From assembly GCF_032062105.1 (NCBI RefSeq), contig NW_026924102.1, positions 124,001 through 188,000 on the forward strand: 64,000 nucleotides of DNA, in the 5' to 3' direction. The DNA is from Saccostrea cucullata (Eukaryota). Below the pieces are notes generated by a model. It worked only from the letters and a program-made list of their open reading frames with translations, had not been told where the DNA came from and did no database searches. Positions 1 through 9,400 of the stretch are shown here, in pieces (position 1 is the stretch's first letter; every line of letters starts with the position of its first letter). The position numbers and the translations under genes were made by a program.

Positions 1-64
1 ACCACAACCATCAAAAATATGAAATATTTTACTGTAATAAAAAAGATTGAGTAAAGTGATTAAC

Positions 65-1472
65 CTTTCAACTAATTCCCCGATTGACACATCGTTCAGG
101 GAATCCCCCAGTTCTTCTGTTTCTCTTCTGCTGACCGTACTTAAAGCAGAGAAAAATAAATATGAATTATACAGGTCATGAATGTCTATGAAGAACAAAT
201 TTAAATACTTAAAAAATACTAACTGAGGTCTCTTCGGCGCATTAGGTGGTACACTGTAAATGAAAGACTATAACGTTAAAATTGAAAATAAGAAGATAAA
301 TGAATAAATACATGTGTATCTTACAAGGAGTATTTCATTAAATAAAATGAAGAGATGAAACTGATGGGATTTCTGTTTATCTATGTCATATATTTCACTG
401 ACCCCAATGAACTAGTATTCTCCAATTCACCATCCCCGTCTCTAAAACGTTTAGAAATAATTGCATGAACAAAATATATAAATATTATATTTAAGGAATG
501 GTAAATAAAACTATTAAAAAAAAATTTTTTAAATACTAACTTTTGTCTTTTGGGTGCATTAGGAGTCGCACTGTAAATGAAAGACTATAACTTTAAAATT
601 ATAAATAAAAAGATCAATGAATAAATAAATGTGTATTTTACAAGTAGTATTAAATTTTATCTCTTTAACTAAATTAAAAATTTTGATAATTAGTACTCAT
701 GGTTTTTTTTAATTTGAAAATGAAAAGATAAATGAATAAATACACGCGTATCGTACAAGGAGTATTAAATTTTATCTATTAATTAATTAAATAAAATGAA
801 GAGTGGAAACTGATGGAATATTTGTTTATCTATGTCATGTATTTCACTGACCCATCTTCTTCACCATCCCCGTTTCTGAAACGTTTAGAAATGAATGTGA
901 ACAAAATATGCTTAAATGTTACATTTAAGGAATGATAAATGAGGAGGGTTAATAAGACTTATTCTACTTACTCTTTACGGGGGGTCCCGATTGGCGTGCT
1001 AATTAATGTGTAGAAAAAAAATGCATAGTAATTAATGGTAAGAAATAGAAAAGAGAAAAAAAAACGAAAGAAAATGAATTCCAGTCTTTTAAAACCAATT
1101 TTCAGTAAAAGATTGAATTAGAGCCAGGCATTACTGACGGTCAATGCAGATGAGGATGATAAATTCATTAATAGATATGATTTTTAAAATTATTATGTTT
1201 CTTAAATACTTGTCAAGCGAAATAAAGTTAAAGAATGAAAATATTTTCTTTTTACCTCGTCCTCTTCCCATAAGACACTTCAAATCTACCAATTAAAAAA
1301 GAAATACAATAGCACAATCACTTACCAAAAATGACATAATTCTCAAGTTTTAAAAATGATGAAAGAGGACTTACGGACAGGGAACATTGTCTACTTTGTC
1401 AATTAGAGCGACCAAGTCCCCGATGATTTCTGTAATTACACCGCAAATACAAACAGGCGTTTTTGATGCCAT
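65..1472 (-). CDS. Uncharacterised multi-microexon gene, 3' end runs off the window. Exons: 1472-1375, 1285-1256, 998-972, 875-852, 570-541, 441-403, 253-224, 139-65
   Basis: All introns are GT..AG (84-281 nt). Internal exons are 30, 27, 24, 30, 39, 30 and 75 nt, all phase 2-2. They join into the stop-free protein MASKTPVCICGVITEIIGDLVALIDKVDNVPCPFEVSYGKRTSTPIGTPRKENGDGEEDGATPNAPKRQKDGDGELENTSSLGVPPNAPKRPHTVSRRETEELGDSLNDVSIGELVE... Confidence 0.8.
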
Positions 1473-1956
1473 GACTGGTAAGATTTCAAGGGAAAGTTTT
1501 CCTCTTTTTATTTGAAAAATGTATCATGTGATATGAGTACCAAATTTGAATAATAAAAACTAAGTCTTATGTACAGTGAATCTAGTGAAAAAGAGAAAAT
1601 GAAAAATTTGTACTGGTCATCCTCCCTGTCAATCAAAGAGGAGCCCAAAAAAGAAGGAAATCCCTGCGTGTGAAATTATACAATTCTGTCAGTCTTAATT
1701 AAAGATGACTCTAAATTAATGAACATACAATAAACAAGACTGAAAAAAAAATGCTAGTCTAGTAACGAAAACATTTTAACAGAGAAATCATCATGTTGTC
1801 ATTTTTACCATTACCATCTGTTCTGAACGGTGATTTATCGTTTTGAAAAATGTGGTCAGACATTTTTATTATGATTAGAAAGTGTTGTAAAGTAAATTTC
1901 CATCAGTGTCATCACTCACTGTGTAATTAAAGATATAAATATGGACAGGGTCATCA

Positions 1957-2289
1957 GTGCACTGGTCAGATTATAGGACATTCCGTTCCCCCAATACCTA
2001 CGGTGACGAGAAGATCAACAGTTCATCCTACTCCCACATTACAACACCCGTCGCTACGGACACTTCAACGAGGGACACGATCCTTAATACCCATGAGAGT
2101 TCAGACAAGGGTATCAGAAATGAGCTTGACTATTTGTTCATAACTATCCTTATACCCTTATTATTTATAATGTGTGTCTGTGTTTTGAAGCTAAAACGTA
2201 GGAAAAAATCTAATCTTGTAAATAATTCAATTGAGATGGAATGTGTTGATGAAGGTGAGACGATATTATACAAAGCCACAGATAAATAA
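1957..2289 (+). CDS. Small single-pass membrane protein (S/T-rich ectodomain, TM helix, basic stop-transfer, acidic tail); true 5' exon/start unresolved
   Basis: TM YLFITILIPLLFIMCVCVL followed by KLKRRKK. The ORF has no early ATG, so it is probably a terminal exon. A possible first exon is near 1793-1829. Confidence 0.6.
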   Translation: MHWSDYRTFRSPNTYGDEKINSSSYSHITTPVATDTSTRDTILNTHESSDKGIRNELDYLFITILIPLLFIMCVCVLKLKRRKKSNLVNNSIEMECVDEGETILYKATDK

Positions 2290-2481
2290 ATGCATGATCA
2301 AAATCAAATTTCCTTTTATCATATCAACTGAAAGTTAAAAAAAAAGAATGTTTAACAGAATCAAGATCCGTGATTTGTATGAATAGTTCTGTACTAATAT
2401 ATATCTTGTTTGCTACTAATATGATTTTTGAACTCATTATTCTTGTTATGATACCTGATTATCAACCAATATCCTTATTGT

Positions 2482-2799
2482 ATGCATGCATTAACACTGA
2501 TGGAGATTAAACTATTAAGTAAGTATTTACTTAATATATTTTCTGAAGTCTGAAATGCAATGAACACTATCGCGATTCATTAAGAATTCACACTCAGATT
2601 GAAATTAAAGTAATATATGTTTTTACATGTAATTAATTTTTTTCAAATTAATAATTACAGTAGACACAGCGTACGGGCTTGGGGTGACAGGAGTGTGCCT
2701 TATCATCATCATCGTGCTGTCCTGGGCAGTGAGACTACTACTTCGTAAGATGGGCATCACATGCAGACTCCCCATGAAGAAAAGTCGTGTAAAAAGGTA

Positions 2800-2867
<68 letters not shown>

Positions 2868-3075
2868 TTGCATTCATGAAATGTTACAATCTTGCACTTG
2901 CGATAACAAGTTAAAAACAAATCAGTACGAAAACATGTTTATAACATACAGGAGACCGGCAGCACGAGACATTGAGCTGAAGGACATAAGAACCGTAAGG
3001 ATAGAAACGGACGAGAGTGAGGATGAAGAGGTGCAGCTGAAAACCCGCTACGACCTGCGCGGAAGAAAAGAGTAA
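2482..3075 (+). CDS. Three-exon single-pass membrane protein of about 98 aa. Exons: 2482-2518, 2661-2796, 2952-3075. A further 3'UTR intron spans 3079-3190
   Basis: GTAAGT/GTAATT donors and CAG acceptors with matching phases (1, then 2). Product MHALTLMEIKLLIDTAYGLGVTGVCLIIIIVLSWAVRLLLRKMGITCRLPMKKSRVKRRPAARDIELKDIRTVRIETDESEDEEVQLKTRYDLRGRKE. AATAAA near 3403. Confidence 0.75.
2803..2863. repeat. (CT)n microsatellite in intron 2 of the TM gene
   Basis: Perfect dinucleotide run. Confidence 0.98.
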
Positions 3076-3213
3076 AGGGTAAGTTCATATGATGAATATC
3101 AGTAAAAGTAGTGTGTACGTAACATTTAGTATTGTATGTTTTGATATTTTTTTGTGTGTGTGTGTATATTTGTTTGTTTTTTCTTCTCAGATGACGAAAG
3201 ATCAGTACGTATC

Positions 3214-3386
3214 CAGGGAGGAACGAAGTCACTAAAGTTACAAAAGTTCCAGGAAGGAATGTGTAAATTCATCTTCATAAAAATTTTGTAAACATTGTTC
3301 AGGGAGGAACGAAGTCATTAAAGACACAAAACAAAATTCCAGAAAGGATTGTGTAAATTCATCCTCATTAAAATTTTGTAAACATT
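3214..3386. repeat. Tandem duplication of about 85 bp in the 3'UTR exon
   Basis: CAGGGAGGAACGAAGTCA...AAATTTTGTAAACATT present twice. Confidence 0.9.
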
Positions 3387-3479
3387 TAATTTCTTTTTAT
3401 TTAATAAAGGTATAATGAATGATAAATTGTTAGAACTACGGGTGATATTTATGGATTATATTCAAAACGATGGATATTA

Positions 3480-4710
3480 CGAGAAACGACAAAATTATGC
3501 CCATGTTTGGACGTTATTTGATTGTTAGGTATCATGTGTATTTTTTTTTTATAAAAATACACAAGTTATCGTAATCAACCATCTAACATCCGAACTTTGG
3601 TATAAAAAAATATGAATGGTCCGCTAATACTCTGCTTACAGACAACATGCATGAATAATTAACCAAAGAGGTTTATAATGATACCAATTCTTTAAAAAAA
3701 ATCACGTTTACAAGCATGTTGAGAGGATGACAAAAGCATACCCATGTTTAGATGTTCAGGTATTCATTGTATAATGACAGAGATATGAACGGTTTTCAAT
3801 TATTGTAATCTAATTGAAAAGGCTTTGCTAAATCAAAGTGAAATGAACCAAATTCACAAGACTGATATGCATTTTAGATTTATAAAAAAAATGCGATAAA
3901 TAATTTATTTTCTGTCATACTTTAAAAACAAGGATTTTTTCAAAAAAAGAGAGTTGTTTGAAATTCAATTAAAAAAAATTCTTACAATAGAAAATTCTTT
4001 TAAGGAAGGATTTTTATTTCATAACATCTTAAAAATTCTACCACGATTAAAAAAAAAATACCTAATCAATAATTTATTAAGTACAAAATATAGTCATACA
4101 TTGAATATCCAAACTTTGATAAGTAAAGTAAAAAGACGGCAACAGTTTACGTGCGAAATAACAAGGAGGATTTAAAATTAATCTATTTACATTTAGAAAA
4201 AGCGTAAAACACGGAGTGAGGATGAAAAAAATAATCCCCCCTGTTTTGAACATTATGTCATTGTTAAAAATACGCCCAGGTTTAGAAGTTATTTGATTGA
4301 TAGGTATCGTGTGTATTTTTTTTAAATTAAATACACAAGTTGTTTTAACCAATCATTTAATACCCAAACTTTGGTATGTATCGTAAAAGGACAGCAACAG
4401 TGTACGCACGAATCAATTACAAGGAGGATTTAAAATTAAATCTCTTTATTTATTTTAGAAAAAGTGTAAACACACGGGTTGAGGATGACAAAATAATTTC
4501 TTCTGTCTGAACATCATGCCATTATTAAAAATGTATATATACACATAAAAAAACTAATTACGAAACATTAAAGTATAAATGGTATTTATTATGTGTGAAA
4601 AAAAAATCTGATGTAAAATACAGAATTCATTAACTTTTCCCATCGAAATTTTCCATGGTTTACTACCTGTATCGTACATGAACGAATTACAATGGGGTAT
4701 TAAAAGTACA
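3480..4710. repeat. Degenerate tandem array, period about 250 bp, 4-5 units
   Basis: Recurring blocks GAGGATGACAAAA (3723, 4218, 4481), CCAAACTTTGGTAT (3590, 4109, 4364) and ACAAGGAGGATTTAAAAT (4161, 4419, 4690). Confidence 0.7.
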
Positions 4711-5467
4711 AAAGGTAATCATTGTATATAAAAGAATCTGCAACATTCTACAAACAATGTCATTATTTTCCCTACGGAAAATTTTCCAGAGTCCCGAAAT
4801 GTTTTTTACGCTTGAGCAGTATCACCCAACAGGAATTTGAGAATTGTTGAAATATCCAAAATAAAATAACTGTATATTACTTTTATTGTATATTATGTTT
4901 TAAGTCCTCTGAGGAGACTGACGTGCGTTACTTAAGGAAAAAAAACATCATGTTTCAGTGTGGTTATTGTGAATTAATGTTTAATGATTATGATAGCATG
5001 GCCGATCACGAAAAGGAACACGAAAGGAATATTAACAATACTGCAAGGTAAGAATGACCATTTGTTTACCTTCTTATGCACAATTCAGAAAGATATCGGA
5101 TAAAGAGAGATAACTCCGCTAACTTCAAATATCTGAGGTGAACTCGGGCATTACCTTGTTAACGCTCCTTGTAAAGTCACAACACAGAGACTTAACGTAA
5201 ATGTGAATAACCAAAATCATAGTATCAAGTAATGAAGTTGTGTTATTTCTATCCATCGATGATGGCTAATATATCATTGCAAATATATAGATGTAAATAA
5301 TTGTTTTTTTTCTTCCAATTTTTTTCTCTCGATGATAAATCTGACATTTAAAGAGAAAAAGAAACAGGGATCTAATTAATAAGGTGAAAAAATCATCAAT
5401 GAGTTTACTGTGTCATGTGTTTTGTTGTCAAACAAGTACTTTAAGATATGTATTTGACCCCCCGATT

Positions 5468-6375
5468 TAAATCAAAACGCACGTATGGTGCTCCATGCGA
5501 GATAATTGTCAATAAAACAGAGAGCGACTTCATGTATGGTGGACCGCTTGTGATAAAAATGATTAAAGTTATGGATCAATTGTATGGCGTCACATAATAG
5601 ATAAAATTCACCCCTATCAAAGTATACCATGTATGGTATTCCGTTTGTGATAAAATTCGATGAAAAATTGAAAAAAAGGTAAAATATATGGTAACCTTTT
5701 TGAGTTAAAAAAAAAATCTTTAAAAAGTTTTTTTTATTTACAACAGTTATTCAACCACCCTAAATCTAAATCAAAACACACGTATGGTGTTCCATGCGAG
5801 ATAATTGTCAATAAATCAGAGAGCGACATCATGTATGGTGGACTGCTTGTGATAAAAATGGTTAAAGTTATGGATCAATTGTATGGCGTCACATAATAGA
5901 TAAAATTCACCCCTATCAAAGTATACCATGTATGGTATCCCGTTTGTGATAAAAGTCGATGAAAAATTGAAAAAAGGTAAAATATATGGTAACCCTTTTG
6001 AGTTAAAAAAATCTTTAAAAAGTTTTTTTATTTACAACAGTTATTCAACCCCCCTCAATCTAAATCAAAACACATGTATGGTGTTCCATGTGAGAAAAAT
6101 GTCATTAAAATATAGAGAGCGACTTCATGTATGGAAAATTTACTCAAATCAAAGTAACCCATATACCGTAACCCGTTTTGTGATAAAAGTTAAAAAAAAT
6201 AAAATATACGGTAACTCATTTGAGATGAAATTGAATTTTAAAAAGTTTTTTTTAAATGTTTGATAGTTTAGCAAAATTTAAAAAAAAAAAAAATGAAAAA
6301 TGAGAAAGTTATTTTATAGGATGATTCGTTTTGAGATAAAGAAAAAAATTAAGAGTGGGAATGTATGGTAACAGA
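5468..6375. repeat. Higher-order repeat upstream of pPolB: units of about 299 bp built from monomers of about 50 bp with GTATGG-N12-GATAA
   Basis: GTATGG/ATATGG at 5483, 5534, 5582, 5631, 5686, 5782, 5833, 5881, 5930, 5984, 6076, 6129, 6363; most are followed 12 nt later by GATAA or GTTAA. Confidence 0.85.
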
Positions 6376-6427
6376 TATCAATGAATGAGCAATGTCTTAA
6401 TGTCTGGTGTTTATTTTAAAATATACA

Positions 6428-9400
6428 ATGAATGATTACAGTTCGGGCGTTTGTGAACAAGAACTGTTTCGAGACATCCAAAACATGGACTGGACACCTG
6501 TTACGGGAGACGACCTATTATACCAGGCGTCCACGTCCAGCGGTGCTCATGCAGAGAGCATGGACTTTAAGGACATTGCCGATTCCTCCTTCCACGGCGA
6601 GGAATCCCTGTTGATGGAAGAAGATGGACTCTTTTCGGAAATCACGGATACCTCTTTTCACGGTGAAGATTCTCTCCTTTGCGACATACCAGTGGATCCG
6701 CTGAGCGATTCATTAGCCGGTCAGTACGGTGCTGGACGAAAAGACGATTTCGATATTCGAATCATACGTGAAAAGAAATTGAAAAAGATGGGAGCCGTGG
6801 ACTTGCAGTACGAGTTGACGTTCCACGACGACCTCTTTCGGGAAAAAAAGAAGATGATCGAAGTCAAAAACGTCTTGAAAGACGCCTTCGAAGAGATGCT
6901 CGATCGAGTCAAGAAGGACCTTCGTCGCGGAGATCTCGTCAGGGCAGCCATCCATAATGATCATTTGGACTTGCCCGTGTTCGTCCCCTGTCGACCCATG
7001 GAGGAGATGGACGCAGAGACCATGCTAGAAAGCCTGATGATCGTCCTTAACAGTCACCAGGACCTGCCTTTCGATTCCTCTTGTCGAATCGATATCGGGG
7101 CCATCAAATATCCACGCGGTGGTACGGGAGTAAAGATGTCTTCCGTCGCTAAATCGATTGCCGAGAAGAGAGCCATTATAAAGATACGCAATACCGATAA
7201 CAAGTGTCTCGTCCGCGCTACTCTCGTCTCTTTGGCCCACAGTTGTCAAATTCACATCACTGAGTTTAACAACGTCAAGGCGCGTCATCCGACCCTCACG
7301 ACCGGGGAAATTCTCATTTTTTACCACCAGTGTCCGCTCTGGTATTGCAGGGATCTGCGAAAAAACCACAAAGGAGCCCAAGACAGCCTGACAAATCAGA
7401 TCTGTGAAACGATGAATATCGTCGATGACGGTCCGTTGTCCTACTTGGCCATCCCTCCTCTAGAAGATTTTCTCAACGTGAACCTCTACATCATCAGTGC
7501 GAAGATGGGGAACGCATTCTCTTACATCAGTGCCCATCACGACGAAGAACGAAAGAAACTATTCCTGCTGCACGACGACACGGAGGGGGCCGAACACTTT
7601 TATCCCATCACGACGCTGGCAGGTTTCTTTTGTCGGTCACGGTTCTGCAGTACGTGTTTAAAACCATACGAAAAACCATACGGACATAAATGCAAACACC
7701 ATTGCAATGTCTGCTTTTCCGATCATTGTCCCGTACTACAAAAGAGAGCTTGTCCAGACTGTCATCAGACCTGTCGCTCTGGGGCTTGTTTCATTCGACA
7801 TAAGAATCCCATGGAAGGAGGGACCACACCTTGCGATCTCCGATACAGATGTCCGACCTGCAAGAAGACTTTCTTACGACACGAGTTAAAACCCGAAGAT
7901 CACCGATGCGGTCATTACATCTGCAAGTCCTGCAGGCAATACGTAGATCCCGAACATCTGTGCTACGCCAGGAGACACCCTTCCAAGGAAAACGAAACCA
8001 GTCGACGATTCATTTTTGCCGACATCGAGGCCTCACAAAAGGACGAAATCGTCCAGTGTGAGTGGGGATACGCACCTCGACGCCTCAACGACTGTACCGA
8101 ATGTCGAACAGAGCAAGACCCGTGCCCCTCCTGTCGACTCTGTCAACACTGTCTCAAATCGCACTGCGGAAAATTTAAACATACCGTGGTCTTGGCAGTG
8201 TGTCAGACCGCCTGTGAAAATTGCGAGAACGACGACGTCACATTCGACAGTACGTGCGCTTCTTGTGGAGACCGATGCTCGACCTGTGACAAGAAGGACA
8301 AGAAAACCAAACAGTACCTTTCGCTTCCCTGTCCTGGTCGATGCGGACAGCGAGAGCGCGTCTTCCAGACCTTGTACGATCTCGGGATATGGATCTTTCG
8401 CGAACATCACAAAGGCTTTACCGTCCTGTTTCATAACCTCTCGTACGATGGCCAGTTTCTTCTGCAGTACTTACTGTCGCAGTCCATTCGTCCTTCCTTT
8501 ATCATTTACAGGGGAAGTAAAATTCAAATGTTCAACATCACCGGCCTTCAAATCCGAGTCATCGATTCGTTTAACTTCCTACCGATGGCCTTATCCAAAC
8601 TCCCCAAAGCCTTCCAGCTGGAATCGCTGGCCAAGGGGTACTTTCCTCACTTTTTTACATGCCAGGCCAACCGGAATTATGTGGGACCTTACCCACCTGC
8701 CGAGACTTATGGTCCCAATGCCATGTCTGTGGATGGTAGAAAAGAGTTCTTCAAATGGTACGACGCTAAAGTCACCAGTGGAGACCTCTTTGATTTTCAA
8801 CAAGAAATCCTCAAGTACTGCCGAAGCGACGTTGACATCCTCCGACGTGCCTGTCTCAAGTTCAAGAACCTCCTGCAGGAAGCAACCGGTAAAGAGGGAG
8901 GCCAAACCGTCGATGCGTTCGATTCCTGTACCATCGCGTCTCTCTGCATGGACGTATTTAAATCCAAGTTTTTAATGGAAGACTGGAGATGCCTGGTCCA
9001 AGAGGACGATGAGGAACGTTGGCTGGAAGTCAGGAAGTTTGACGGAGAGGCGATCGTGAATGACGAGGGTCGTTGGATTCCTTGGAATACTCTGAAGCAA
9101 CGGAACGTCGTCATCGTGAAAGAAGAGTTTGTCAAGTCCCCCATTGCTCGTCCTCCACCCAAGGGATATCCGTCCCGCATCCAGTACAGCCGCAAGTCCA
9201 TCTGCTGGTTAGAGTTACTGAGACATCGCGCTCAAACTTCGGGACGCATTTTGGACATTCAGCATGCACTCACGGGACGTGGAGAATACCATCTGCCCGG
9301 TACCCGATATTCCCTAGACGGATACGTTTCCCCCAGTGCCGAACACCCCCACGGCGTGGCTTACGAGTTCCACGGCTGTCTGTACCACGGCTGTCCCGTC

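Noticed and set aside
224-570. HMG-box call from PNAPKRP
   Set aside because: The following helices (SAFF...) are absent; only the short motif matches
2738-2940. RE-repeat and SL-repeat ORFs
   Set aside because: Translations of the intronic (CT)n microsatellite
4880-5360. Possible further exons (MADHEKEHERNINNTA|gtaaga on +; 63-nt and terminal exon with AATAAA on -)
   Set aside because: Could not build a consistent gene with start, plausible intron lengths and stop; needs RNA data
5928-6263. 111-aa ORF
   Set aside because: Lies within the repeat array; the paralogous unit is frameshifted
5468-6375. CRISPR-like array interpretation of the conserved-box/variable-spacer repeats
   Set aside because: Boxes are only 5-6 nt, spacers recur with the 299-bp period, there are no cas genes, and the context is eukaryotic
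1-6740. LxCxE Rb-binding (oncoid) motif in accessory proteins or the pPolB leader
   Set aside because: Only near-misses (LLCDI, MECVD, VCICG) were found
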